This document shows, piece by piece, positions 47,945-57,603 of a stretch of 64,000 bases of DNA. Below the pieces are notes generated by a model, which ran no database searches, had not been told where the DNA came from, and was given only the letters and a program-made list of their open reading frames with translations. The translations under genes were made by a program, and so were the position numbers. This DNA comes from a virus, in the IMG/VR virus record IMGVR_UViG_3300042319_001830, positions 32,001-96,000 of that record; one strand, given 5' to 3'. The stretch's first letter is position 1. Each line of letters opens with the position of its first letter.

Positions 47945-48426
47945 TCAAAACCAGATTCTTCGTCTTCGCCTTCGTCATCATCCTCTTCATCTAAATAGTC
48001 TTCATCATTGTCGTTATTAATATTATATTTTTCTTTAAATTCTGAAACGTCGTCATTTGTGATGCCACAGAGGAAAAATACAGCTTGTATGTATAATATT
48101 ATTTCTTCTTTGGTAAATTTATTCTTTTTAAAATATTCACTAATTTCACTTGAGGTTGAAGCTATTTTCTTTTGAACAGTCGGTTTAATTTTAATTTTTG
48201 GTGGTACGCCATCTAATATTATGCCCGGTATATCTTCAATAGTTGAATCATCTATATGTTTACTTATAATGTGTTTATACAGTTCATTCTCGATTTTATC
48301 TTCGGGTATTCCTGTTTTTAATAGTTTCTTTTTTATATTATTTATTTTTGTAGGACTTACTTTTTTACATATATTGAATGATGTTAGTATGCCATTTTGA
48401 GATAATAGATGTTTTATATTATTCAT
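47941..48426 (-). CDS. hypothetical protein with acidic tail
   Basis: 161-aa ORF ending DEEDDDEGEDEE. Confidence 0.55.
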   Translation of the reverse strand: MNNIKHLLSQNGILTSFNICKKVSPTKINNIKKKLLKTGIPEDKIENELYKHIISKHIDDSTIEDIPGIILDGVPPKIKIKPTVQKKIASTSSEISEYFKKNKFTKEEIILYIQAVFFLCGITNDDVSEFKEKYNINNDNDEDYLDEEDDDEGEDEESGFE

Positions 48427-48446
48427 TATAATATTAAATATGAGTG

Positions 48447-49190
48447 TTAAAATCGTTGACGCAAAATCTTTTTGCTATCTTGTAATATATCAGGATCAAA
48501 TATTTTTGGTCCTTTACTGATATAACCTTTACCACTTGTAAACGTACAATTGTAACAAAGTAATCTCATATTTTCTAATTTATGATTTTTACTATTACCA
48601 TCTTCAAAGTTCAATAATAATGGTAGTTTTCCATCAATTATACGTCTTTCTTTGAATTCACATTGTTCACACTGTGCTTTTTTGATATTGGATCTAATTA
48701 ACTTATCTTTTAGTCTATGTACTGGAAACTCAGGATGTTTACCGTCCAATATATCGTCAATTGGATATTTTCCTCTATATGGACTAATTGGCCCACGTAT
48801 ATGTACACTTTTTGTAATAGGCCATCCTTTTGTTTTATGTACGCCATATTTTTTGGCATACGTTTTAAAAGTGGGATAACTTACTCCTAAAAATTTTGCT
48901 GCTTTTCTAGCTGATCTTGTTTTTTCTATCGCTTCTAATATTTCAGATTCATTGATGGGTTTTCTTTTTTTACCATCGGTTGGTCGTTTGGGATACAACT
49001 GATCAGCAAATTGTTTTTCTAAATGTGGAATAATAATGCCCTTGGATTGTAACATTCGTACTTCTTCAATTTCAATACGTACATCTTCTCCAATTTTACT
49101 CAATGATAATAATTTTTCGACTTTGGTTTTAAGATCTTCAAGTTCGTTTAACCGTCGAGTTATTTGTTCGTTGTCAAATATAGGTTCCAT
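48447..49190 (-). CDS. HTH + HNH-like protein
   Basis: SARKAAKFLGVSYPTF HTH; CEQC…DGN..N..LEN..LLCYNC (canonical His residues appear replaced). Confidence 0.65.
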   Translation of the reverse strand: MEPIFDNEQITRRLNELEDLKTKVEKLLSLSKIGEDVRIEIEEVRMLQSKGIIIPHLEKQFADQLYPKRPTDGKKRKPINESEILEAIEKTRSARKAAKFLGVSYPTFKTYAKKYGVHKTKGWPITKSVHIRGPISPYRGKYPIDDILDGKHPEFPVHRLKDKLIRSNIKKAQCEQCEFKERRIIDGKLPLLLNFEDGNSKNHKLENMRLLCYNCTFTSGKGYISKGPKIFDPDILQDSKKILRQRF

Positions 49191-49525
49191 TAGTATTTAG
49201 ATGATGATAATGGTTCTTTAGCTAAATCTACGTCGGTACTATCATAAAATACTCTACGTAGAGTTTCTGCTCTAAATGGAAATGATGCGTTTAAAAGTAC
49301 TTTATAGGTATTTACTATTTTTTCTTTACTATTTTTTCTTTTTAAAGATTTAACAATCATTATGGGATTTACCAAAAAATCATCTTCTTCTTTTAACTTT
49401 TTAATTTTGGTTTCTATACATCTAGTGCATGCTTCTATATGAGGATCATCAAATATAGTTTCATCAATTTGTATTGTCATAGACCAATTTGCAGATTTAA
49501 CCCAGTAGTTATTTTTATTTATCAT
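49190..49525 (-). CDS. hypothetical protein
   Basis: 111-aa ORF overlapping both neighbours. Confidence 0.6.
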   Translation of the reverse strand: MINKNNYWVKSANWSMTIQIDETIFDDPHIEACTRCIETKIKKLKEEDDFLVNPIMIVKSLKRKNSKEKIVNTYKVLLNASFPFRAETLRRVFYDSTDVDLAKEPLSSSKY

Positions 49526-51122
49526 AATTCATATCTCCATCGTTAAGTAAATCCAAGTTAGCTAACTTTTGATTTACACTGTTACATACCTTTTCTTCAA
49601 CTGTGCCTGACACAAACACAATCTTCTGTATACTTTTACTTTTTGCACTGTCACGCCATACTCTACCCGTTGCCTGTCTCATATTAACAGCCGAGTAAGA
49701 CGGACTGATCAAAGCTAAACGAGGATACTTACCAGTAACATCGTGTAAACTCAAACCAGCACCCCCCGCAGCGAGATTTATCAATATAACCCGTTGTTTG
49801 TCTGCCTGAAAATCGTCTATGTTTTGTTGACGAGCTTTTGCGTATTTTGCTTCACCGTTAACAATACATTTAGTATTCAATCGTTGACTAAGTGCTTCTA
49901 TTGTCTCTGTGAAATTACAGAACACAACGATGCTCATATTATTTTCTAGAGCATCTTCAACCATTTCAACAAATAATGGCACCTTAATCATTTCTACTTT
50001 TTGCCTAGCTCTCAATATTGCTGTTAGTTCTGTTGACTTTTTATCTTTCTTGAGTAGTTTTTCAATTTTCAATAACTCAAGTTGCATTTCTTCATAAGCT
50101 GAGTTAATTTTGTCTTGGTCTTCTTTGTCCATTTCATAACATTCAGCGATAATTTGACTTTCTGGGAAGTTAGGGATGGAATCACGATTAAGGCGAACTC
50201 CTCTATTAACAAATATGTCATTGCTTAGTTTCTTTAAAGCATCTACATTACCACGAAACTCCATTCCAAATCTACCTTTTACAACGCCGTGAGCATATGC
50301 CCATTCATAATACTGCTTGTTGTTCTTAAACAATTGAATACATTGACCAACTGTACGTAGTTCAAGTGGATTAGTAGCCATAGTAGCACTACAAAATACC
50401 ATCTTGTAACCTTGTTTAAGTGCTGCCATACACATTTCACTGTTTTTGGTCTTAGCATTCTTTAGTTTTTGAGCTTCGTCCCAAATAATAAGAGTATTTT
50501 TTGGTACTTTCCAGACGAATTCTTTACGGTGGGTATCTCTACGTCGTACATATGAAGCGAATATATTATCTGTTTTACCTGTGCGTAGAGCTTCATAGTT
50601 AATAATACCTACACATTTACCCCACATCTTAAAGTGATTTTTAATAACACGTTTCCAACTTTCTTTAACCGCTTTAGGACACACAATCATAATGTCCATA
50701 TTTAGTTCTCTAGCAACAGCAGTCGCCGTATATGTTTTGCCGATGCCTACGTCACTCCCATCAACTGCAGCACCCCATTTTTTGAGTGACGATACTATTT
50801 TACCAACAGCTCCAACTTGCCAAGCTCGTAATCCATCTGGATTTTTTACTTCGTATAATGGTAGTGATTCTTCTACCTTTTTTTTGTGTTCTATTGGATC
50901 TTTGAATAACGTTGGATTATCATTGGTTTGTGTAAGAATCCATCCTTGTTCTCGTTTAACGACACCGTAACCTTTACTTTTCAAAGTTAATTTGTTTACC
51001 TTCCAATAAGCAAAAAACTGATTGAGGTAAGATGGAGTAATTGTCCACTCACGTTGAAACGTTACGTCTCCGTTTTTTTCGATTTGAACTGGATCTGACC
51101 ACTTGATATCCAAGTTAATCAT
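49515..51122 (-). CDS. SF2 SNF2-like helicase
   Basis: DVGIGKT, WDEAQ, SAT, GAGLSL, QATGRVWR. Confidence 0.88.
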   Translation of the reverse strand: MINLDIKWSDPVQIEKNGDVTFQREWTITPSYLNQFFAYWKVNKLTLKSKGYGVVKREQGWILTQTNDNPTLFKDPIEHKKKVEESLPLYEVKNPDGLRAWQVGAVGKIVSSLKKWGAAVDGSDVGIGKTYTATAVARELNMDIMIVCPKAVKESWKRVIKNHFKMWGKCVGIINYEALRTGKTDNIFASYVRRRDTHRKEFVWKVPKNTLIIWDEAQKLKNAKTKNSEMCMAALKQGYKMVFCSATMATNPLELRTVGQCIQLFKNNKQYYEWAYAHGVVKGRFGMEFRGNVDALKKLSNDIFVNRGVRLNRDSIPNFPESQIIAECYEMDKEDQDKINSAYEEMQLELLKIEKLLKKDKKSTELTAILRARQKVEMIKVPLFVEMVEDALENNMSIVVFCNFTETIEALSQRLNTKCIVNGEAKYAKARQQNIDDFQADKQRVILINLAAGGAGLSLHDVTGKYPRLALISPSYSAVNMRQATGRVWRDSAKSKSIQKIVFVSGTVEEKVCNSVNQKLANLDLLNDGDMNYDK

Positions 51123-51125
51123 AAA

Positions 51126-51425
51126 TTAATCTCCCATTTCGTTTCGGTATTTGTTATTTCTAGCCAATTCGTGAATGTTGGTTCGTACTAATTTACCATC
51201 TTTTTTAAGTGCTCCAACTTCGAAATGATCACTCATCAAATTGGTAAAATTTATACCTTGTGGATCATCATAACCATGTCCAAGTTCAGACATATCATAC
51301 ATAAAGTCTTTGCGACTCTTTCTATTTTTCTTAATGCATAAATTTTCTAGGTAATTAACCGTTTCGTTTATGTCATTAAATGTTATGACTTTGTTTATCG
51401 TTGTGTCTTTGATATAGTAACTCAT
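51126..51425 (-). CDS. hypothetical protein
   Basis: 99-aa ORF. Confidence 0.6.
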   Translation of the reverse strand: MSYYIKDTTINKVITFNDINETVNYLENLCIKKNRKSRKDFMYDMSELGHGYDDPQGINFTNLMSDHFEVGALKKDGKLVRTNIHELARNNKYRNEMGD

Positions 51426-51483
51426 ATATTTCTTATATTACTATATAAATATGTAATGTTCAACACTAATTAATATTATAATC

Positions 51484-52071
51484 TTAATTGGATACCATAG
51501 GTACAGCCGAACATATATTTCGTTCTGTTTGACTTCGTATGGTTTCAAAATAATTAATCAAATGATTGATTGTATAATCCGCAATGGCTTCTAACCAATC
51601 TTCTGGTTTGAATTCGGTTGTACTTATACCACCGTGAATAGGTTTTAAATGACCGTCTTGAAATTCTTGTCTTAAAAAATCAATTAAATCTTTTTTAAGA
51701 CCTTGTTTTTGATCAATTACAAATATCTCACTCAATGATTCTTTGTAACTTACTCTTACTGGAGACTGACCTTTACCACCAGTGCCTTTTTCACCTCTTC
51801 CAGCTGTTCTTTGTGCTGACTTCTTTCTTTTAACCCAATTAGCAATTGCTTTTTTTCCGCCTTTTGCTCTCAGTCTACTCACATACTTTTTACCCAAACA
51901 AGCACTATAACTACTTCCTTGTTTAGCGTCACCACATTTACCAGCTTTTTTACCACTACTATCATATCGATCCCATCCACCACCAGAACTACTGCCTGCT
52001 CCACCTTTGCCAAACCACGCACGTAATCCGCCGGCATAGGCTTCTAATAAAAATTTGTCGTATTGATTCAC
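51484..52071 (-). CDS. basic Gly/Lys-rich phage protein (putative virion)
   Basis: GGLRAWF…WDRY…KCG…ACL…VKRKK module bracketed by LLE and LSE; GTG start inferred. Confidence 0.6.
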   Translation of the reverse strand: MNQYDKFLLEAYAGGLRAWFGKGGAGSSSGGGWDRYDSSGKKAGKCGDAKQGSSYSACLGKKYVSRLRAKGGKKAIANWVKRKKSAQRTAGRGEKGTGGKGQSPVRVSYKESLSEIFVIDQKQGLKKDLIDFLRQEFQDGHLKPIHGGISTTEFKPEDWLEAIADYTINHLINYFETIRSQTERNICSAVPMVSN

Positions 52072-52082
52072 AACAATAAATA

Positions 52083-52259
52083 TCAATTAGATTCATTATG
52101 TTTATTAAAAATAACACCTAAGTTTGTAAAAAACTTTTCAATTTTATCTTTGTTTACGGTTTTATTTTTTGTTTCGGATAAATAAAATTTGATTTTTGAT
52201 TCATCTAAAACGACTTCATTTCCATTGATATTGATGGTGAGGGTTTTGTTTTTTTTCAT
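52083..52259 (-). CDS. 58-aa hypothetical protein (not in ORF track)
   Basis: MKKNKTLTININGNEVVLDESKIKFYL…; fills an intergenic gap. Confidence 0.55.
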   Translation of the reverse strand: MKKNKTLTININGNEVVLDESKIKFYLSETKNKTVNKDKIEKFFTNLGVIFNKHNESN

Positions 52260-52267
52260 AACGATGC

Positions 52268-52302
52268 AAAAAAAATATATAATCGGTTAAGATTATATAT
52301 TT
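52268..52302 (-). terminator. AT-rich terminator-like hairpin
   Basis: AAATATATAATC-6 nt-GATTATATATTT with T-run on the minus strand. Confidence 0.5.
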
Positions 52303-52330
52303 GTAAATTTTAAAACTATGTGATATATGT

Positions 52331-52975
52331 TTAAACTCCCATCAAAAAGTGTTCCCAATCTTTGTGTTTTGCTTCTTTAATTAGTGCTGATACTGGAATT
52401 GGTTGTGGGATACTTGGTTGTTTGATCAATTTCAAACCAACTTCTGTATTCAGTCTATTACCTTTCTTAGAGTTAATATCACGTGAACACAACACAAGAT
52501 TAGTCCAACTATCTTCACCACCCTTACTACGAGGTAGAATATGATCGACTGTAGCTGAATTACGATCAATCTTTTTACCGGTGTATTGACAAATACCGTT
52601 ATCACGGGTGTAGATTGCGTCTTTGCTGGGTTTTCCTCTAAATGACTTTACAGGCATTTTATTGAAATTAACAGCGATGATCACAGTCGGTACACGTACA
52701 GACATATGAGCGGAATTGATAACCAAATCCCACGGCCGAATAGGCAGTTTCAACCATTCTGTCCAACTGATAGGATTCATATTCTTGGGAGCTGAAAGAT
52801 TTGGTTCTCCATTCTCAAGCAACTCGTAATCAATGTCCAAGGCCAAACTAGAAGATTTACCGTCGGCTTCACCACCACAAAGATCAACAATTGCATCTTT
52901 TACGGTTTTGAAACCAATTGGTTGCCAGTTCGCATTTAGGTTTAAACAGATTAATTTATTAGCTATTGTGTTCAT
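52331..52975 (-). CDS. HNH endonuclease (McrA-like)
   Basis: LNANW, VPTVI, RDNGICQYTG, VDHILPRSKGG, WTNLV, NSKKGN; start moved to MNTIANK. Confidence 0.88.
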   Translation of the reverse strand: MNTIANKLICLNLNANWQPIGFKTVKDAIVDLCGGEADGKSSSLALDIDYELLENGEPNLSAPKNMNPISWTEWLKLPIRPWDLVINSAHMSVRVPTVIIAVNFNKMPVKSFRGKPSKDAIYTRDNGICQYTGKKIDRNSATVDHILPRSKGGEDSWTNLVLCSRDINSKKGNRLNTEVGLKLIKQPSIPQPIPVSALIKEAKHKDWEHFLMGV

Positions 52976-52987
52976 AACTATGCTATA

Positions 52988-53015
52988 ACTATACACCCCT
53001 TTTTATAAACGTCAA
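52988..53015 (-). promoter_or_regulatory. sigma70-like promoter
   Basis: TTGACG-16 nt-TATAGT. Confidence 0.5.
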
Positions 53016-53321
53016 CACATTTTCTTCGGGTTCTAAACTTTCATCCAATCTACCCTTGACAATTTCCAGATCACATCTGAACCATTCGTTCTTGATGTCT
53101 GTAGCAAAGTATCTTAACTTTTCAGCTATTTTCTTTTCGGCATCATAACAATCTGGGTGATGAACATAATACTCAATTCTATAGTTACGTAGTGGGGAAG
53201 CTGTTTGATAAGTACGTAATCTCGCCTTTATATCATTAGTAACACCCACCTTATAATAACTTGGAAAGTTACTATTGCTAATTATATATACGTATCCCTC
53301 TTTATCTCTAGATGATTTCAT
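52989..53321 (-). CDS. GIY-YIG / T5orf172 family nuclease
   Basis: GYVYII, YKVGVT, RL..YQT, E, NEWF; start uncertain. Confidence 0.8.
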   Translation of the reverse strand: MKSSRDKEGYVYIISNSNFPSYYKVGVTNDIKARLRTYQTASPLRNYRIEYYVHHPDCYDAEKKIAEKLRYFATDIKNEWFRCDLEIVKGRLDESLEPEENVLTFIKRGV

Positions 53322-53907
53322 CAGCAAGTCCGTACTTAATAGCATCTTCCGCATTTAGATAAAGGTCACGTTTTAATAGTGTGTTTAATTCATCTTCGGT
53401 AAATTTGGTATGTTTCAAATATATGCCTTTTACAACTTTCATTATCAAATCCATATTTTGTTTTTCATCGTTAAAGTCTTCATATGTACCTTCAAACCAA
53501 CTTCTTACTTGGTGAATCAATAAAATGGTATTTTTACGTATGTATCGTTTATGACAACTTACGCTGATAAGTGTAGAAGCACTTGCTACTAATCCTTCTG
53601 CATATGAATGTATAGGTACTTTGGATGCTTGTATTCTATCTACAATACTCAAAGCACCAAATACTTCTCCACCATCACTGTTTATGTGCAATTTGATATG
53701 TGGCGTTTCTTGTAGATCAAATGTAATTTTAGCTATTAGTAATTGTCTAGCTAGATCACTTAGAGTTTTGTTTATCACCAATGCAGATTCTACATTTACG
53801 TCATTATAAAAGTATAACTCGTTATTGTCGATGACAGATACGTATTTTTGTTTATCAGATGATACGTCAGATATATCATCATTGTTGAGCATTAATTTTT
53901 TGGTCAT
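53308..53907 (-). CDS. ClpP-like serine protease
   Basis: INSDGG, GLVASA (Ser), IHQ (His), RD (Asp), AIKYGLAD. Confidence 0.88.
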   Translation of the reverse strand: MTKKLMLNNDDISDVSSDKQKYVSVIDNNELYFYNDVNVESALVINKTLSDLARQLLIAKITFDLQETPHIKLHINSDGGEVFGALSIVDRIQASKVPIHSYAEGLVASASTLISVSCHKRYIRKNTILLIHQVRSWFEGTYEDFNDEKQNMDLIMKVVKGIYLKHTKFTEDELNTLLKRDLYLNAEDAIKYGLADEII

Positions 53908-54349
53908 ATGTTTTTAGTATTGTTCGTAACTCTTCGTCATCAACGAAGTTAAAATCATTTTTATTTTTGGCTAAATCTTTATGTAGTACTTCTACAGATC
54001 CATTGTGGTTATAACCAACGTCAATAGTATTTCCAGTTTGTTCACAAATATAACCAGATATAAATGTTGTATAATCAATTACGGTCTCAGTGTGCTGATT
54101 TCCGCCGTCAGAATAAAATCTTAATGTGCCAAACTTTTGTTTTACTTGTCTAGCAACAATTTGTTTTACAGGTAGATAGTTTTGTGGATGTGATTTAGCC
54201 ATTTCATTCTGTTGAGTGATATACATTTCTAGATATCGACTTAACCACAATAAAAGTCTAAACCAACCATCATTACATTCAAATGAAAAGTCCGGCGGAT
54301 ATAACTCTGGAAACTTTTTCTTTAAATAACGTTGTAACTCAATTTTCAT
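53879..54349 (-). CDS. conserved phage hypothetical protein
   Basis: ECNDGW…QVKQKFGTLRFY…ICE. Confidence 0.7.
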   Translation of the reverse strand: MKIELQRYLKKKFPELYPPDFSFECNDGWFRLLLWLSRYLEMYITQQNEMAKSHPQNYLPVKQIVARQVKQKFGTLRFYSDGGNQHTETVIDYTTFISGYICEQTGNTIDVGYNHNGSVEVLHKDLAKNKNDFNFVDDEELRTILKTYDQKINAQQ

Positions 54350-54456
54350 TTTCAATATATAGTTTGTCAATTGTACTTTCTGATTATCAAAATTTTTATA
54401 TTTGAATGTTAACTATATTTTAATGTCCTTCAACTATATCAAGATATTTATTAACA

Positions 54457-54654
54457 ATGTTCAGCGGCGCTAAAAAGACGGGATATGTAAATGGTATAAA
54501 ATTTGAAATAAAAGATACCAACACTATTCGTATCTGGAAGCCATCTGAAATTGCTTTTTATGATTTTAAAACTCGTTGTGATTTGACTGTTAAATATTTG
54601 ATCGACGAAGGATTTTTTAATAGAACCAAATGTAAAGTTGAAGTGGTTACCTAG
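54457..54654 (+). CDS. hypothetical protein
   Basis: 65-aa ORF after TATTTATT; VKYLIDEGF. Confidence 0.6.
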   Translation: MFSGAKKTGYVNGIKFEIKDTNTIRIWKPSEIAFYDFKTRCDLTVKYLIDEGFFNRTKCKVEVVT

Positions 54655-54657
54655 GTT

Positions 54658-55677
54658 ATGTCTAAAAATGTTATATTGTTTTTAACCAGTCCAAATTCGG
54701 TTAATAGATCAAAAATGTGTTTGAAGAATTTCAAACAACTTGAAAATCTGGGTTATGATATAATAACTTTATCTACCACAGACTTATTGTCTTCTTACAT
54801 TGTAGAAAAATCAAAACATTTGATTTATGACTACACAAGTCATAAATGTGACAAGAAGTTTTATTTTGATTATTATAAATCATCAGGCGGTGGTTATTTT
54901 ATGTATGATACAAATTCAAATCATAAAGTAATGTTTTATCACGATACACATTTTCCATCGTTGCTTCGCAATTATCGTTCTTTAGTAAGTTATGCTAAAT
55001 GTCTTGGATATGAAAATTATTTTTACATTGAAGATGATCACTTTATACATGATCACGATCTTTGCAATGTAAGAAATTACATCGACAAATTAAAAGAATA
55101 TGATTTAATTACTTTTTGTTTTAACAGATTGTTAACATCTAACGAACAGGTGTATGCAACTTATTTCAATATTGGCAAAGTAAACACAATGTTTGATATT
55201 ATAAAAAATGCTGCTTATACTGAGTATGAATATAAAAATAATGATGTTAATATTTACGGTCAATTTTTTGAAACTGTTTTTACTAAATTGGTTACTAAGT
55301 ACAAATCTGAGAACTGTAAGATATTAGAAGAAACTGCAAGTCTACACGATATATTTAAATATTCGTCTCTCAATCAAGTATATTCTTATACAAATTTAAT
55401 TGACGATGCTAGATGTAATTTCATATATGATATAACCAGTCATAAACCTGTTTTTTATTACTCAACTGTTTTGTTGGCTGAACCTGTGAATTTAAAATTA
55501 TACGTGGGAGACGCTTGTTTCGTAGACATCACCATTTACCCAGGATGTTGGTATTATAATCATATAGACCCACATTTAATTGGCAATACAAAGGTTGTAA
55601 TAAATAATAAAGTTGTTAAAACGTTCGATGCTTCACAAAATTTTATTTATAACGGCGAACTCTTCTTTAACAGTTAA
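54658..55677 (+). CDS. hypothetical protein, possibly GT-A-like
   Basis: AKCLGYENYFYIEDD DxD-like segment. Confidence 0.45.
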   Translation: MSKNVILFLTSPNSVNRSKMCLKNFKQLENLGYDIITLSTTDLLSSYIVEKSKHLIYDYTSHKCDKKFYFDYYKSSGGGYFMYDTNSNHKVMFYHDTHFPSLLRNYRSLVSYAKCLGYENYFYIEDDHFIHDHDLCNVRNYIDKLKEYDLITFCFNRLLTSNEQVYATYFNIGKVNTMFDIIKNAAYTEYEYKNNDVNIYGQFFETVFTKLVTKYKSENCKILEETASLHDIFKYSSLNQVYSYTNLIDDARCNFIYDITSHKPVFYYSTVLLAEPVNLKLYVGDACFVDITIYPGCWYYNHIDPHLIGNTKVVINNKVVKTFDASQNFIYNGELFFNS

Positions 55678-55968
55678 TATATCTTTATATACCAATTGGG
55701 ACGCGTCGTAAGATTTATTTGGATTCAATAACATTATTTCTTTGTAATTAAAGATTTCAAGATAAGTCAATACAGATGTCAAATTGTTTAAACACGATGT
55801 CATATCTTTGAAATAAAAAATATTTTCAATTTTATTATAAATTGATTTGTTTGGATTAGTCACGTCGGTAATAATAAATTGATTAACATCATAAGTTAGT
55901 TGTTTTTGAATATCTTCTATGTAATTATCCTCGGTGTCTTTAAAGACAAAATATATAACTGCTTTCAT
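55633..55968 (-). CDS. hypothetical protein
   Basis: 111-aa ORF after TATTTATA. Confidence 0.5.
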   Translation of the reverse strand: MKAVIYFVFKDTEDNYIEDIQKQLTYDVNQFIITDVTNPNKSIYNKIENIFYFKDMTSCLNNLTSVLTYLEIFNYKEIMLLNPNKSYDASQLVYKDILTVKEEFAVINKIL

Positions 55969-56035
55969 TAAATATAAATAATCGATTTATTTTTGTTTTG
56001 GTTATTTTATTCTGAATATGATATTTATATCTATT

Positions 56036-56395
56036 ATGATAGTAACAAACTTACTTACTTTACACAACCAGTTAAAAATACATCACTGGCAAACTAAAAG
56101 TTATGCTGAACATCAAGCTCTCGGCGGTGCCTATAATGAATTCTCAGAATTGATCGACGAGTTTGTCGAAGTGTTTATGGGTAAATATGGAAGAATTGAA
56201 AGTAAAGATGGCTTTAAAATTGAATTGTCTAATTACAAAGATATCTCCGCGTCAGATTTCGTGGACAAATATATTGATTATTTGATAAATGAATTGACTA
56301 AGTCTTTAGAAGAAACTGATACAGATTTGTTTAATATCCGAGACGAAATGTTGGCTCAATTACATAAACTAAAATATTTGTTAACATTGTCATAA
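56036..56395 (+). CDS. ferritin/Dps-like protein (DUF5856-like)
   Basis: HWQT.SYAEH.AL, DEFVEVFMG, NIRDEM, KYLLTL. Confidence 0.8.
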   Translation: MIVTNLLTLHNQLKIHHWQTKSYAEHQALGGAYNEFSELIDEFVEVFMGKYGRIESKDGFKIELSNYKDISASDFVDKYIDYLINELTKSLEETDTDLFNIRDEMLAQLHKLKYLLTLS

Positions 56396-56396
56396 T

Positions 56397-56849
56397 ATGC
56401 CATACGAATATCATGCAACAGTAACTAACATTGTAGACGGAGATACAATCGTTATCGATATAGACCTAGGATTCGATGTAGTACTGTCCAATCAAAGTGT
56501 AAGATTGGCGGGTGTTGATACGCCTGAAAGTCGTACAACCGACAAAATTGAAAAAGTTTTTGGATTAATTAGTAAAGAATACACCAAGAAATTTGTAGAA
56601 TCGTGTAATAAACACGTAATTGTACGTACACAAAAGCCAGATTCTTCTGAGAAATTTGGTAGAATTCTTGGGGATGTTATAAATCCAGAAACCAAAGAAG
56701 TGTTAAATGAGTCTTTGATCAAAAATGGATATGCAGTTGGATATCTAGGCGAAAATAAAAATAATGTAATAGATCAACACAAACTTAATCGTAAACGTTT
56801 GATCGATGAGGGTAAAGTTAAGATGTCTTATAAAGAAGCAGGTCTTTAA
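56397..56849 (+). CDS. thermonuclease (SNase) family
   Basis: VDGDT, IDLGF, VRLAGVDTPE, KFGRILG. Confidence 0.88.
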   Translation: MPYEYHATVTNIVDGDTIVIDIDLGFDVVLSNQSVRLAGVDTPESRTTDKIEKVFGLISKEYTKKFVESCNKHVIVRTQKPDSSEKFGRILGDVINPETKEVLNESLIKNGYAVGYLGENKNNVIDQHKLNRKRLIDEGKVKMSYKEAGL

Positions 56850-56850
56850 T

Positions 56851-57219
56851 ATGGATAAGTTAAACAAATACACAATTGTTAAGTTCATCAAGTTTGTCAA
56901 AGAAGAACTTTCTTTGACTCAGCCATTCAAAGTTAAGCTGGTAAATCAACGTGATGATGATTTGAAAACATATGCTTATTACGATGTGTCAAATGGAACT
57001 GTAAAAGTATACTGTAAAGATCGTGGTTTAGCTGATGTGTTACGTAGTATTGCACACGAATTAATACATCATCATCAAAACCAAGGTGGTAAGTTAGAAC
57101 AACCTACTCAAGACGTAGGCGGCGAAATTGAAGATGAAGCTAATAGTGTGGCTGGTCAATTGGTGAAGAAATTTGGATACGGCAATCCAAAATTATTTAT
57201 ATACAATAAAAATCTATGA
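56851..57219 (+). CDS. zincin-like metallopeptidase
   Basis: LRSIAHELIH…EDEAN..AG; start moved to MDKLNK. Confidence 0.7.
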   Translation: MDKLNKYTIVKFIKFVKEELSLTQPFKVKLVNQRDDDLKTYAYYDVSNGTVKVYCKDRGLADVLRSIAHELIHHHQNQGGKLEQPTQDVGGEIEDEANSVAGQLVKKFGYGNPKLFIYNKNL

Positions 57220-57600
57220 CTCCATAACAGAGTCAAAGAAGTTGATATTGGCTTTATCTGTTTTGTATACCTTTATATCATCGTCTTCCAAGTTGAAGTA
57301 TTTACGGGATCGTTTGTACATCTTTGTTGCTATACCCGCTCGTCTATAAAGACGTTTGATATATACCATAAATTCAAAATATCCTCTAACACCTATTTTT
57401 TTCTTTAGTCGTATAATAGACCATCCTACTATTTTACCATTCTCTTTGGCTAAGTATACTCTATTTGGTATTTTTTTATCTGGGGTACAACATTCAACAT
57501 ACACCGAATATATTGATCCTGAAGACACTAACTTTCCACAGCTCTTTTCTTCAAAGAGCGTTAAGTCCTTGGCTTCTTTAGAATAAATTCTAACGGGCAC
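57214..57600 (-). CDS. GNAT acetyltransferase
   Basis: YIKRLYRRAGIATKM (motif A), IVGW, NINFF. Confidence 0.7.
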   Translation of the reverse strand: MPVRIYSKEAKDLTLFEEKSCGKLVSSGSIYSVYVECCTPDKKIPNRVYLAKENGKIVGWSIIRLKKKIGVRGYFEFMVYIKRLYRRAGIATKMYKRSRKYFNLEDDDIKVYKTDKANINFFDSVMES

Positions 57601-57603
57601 ATA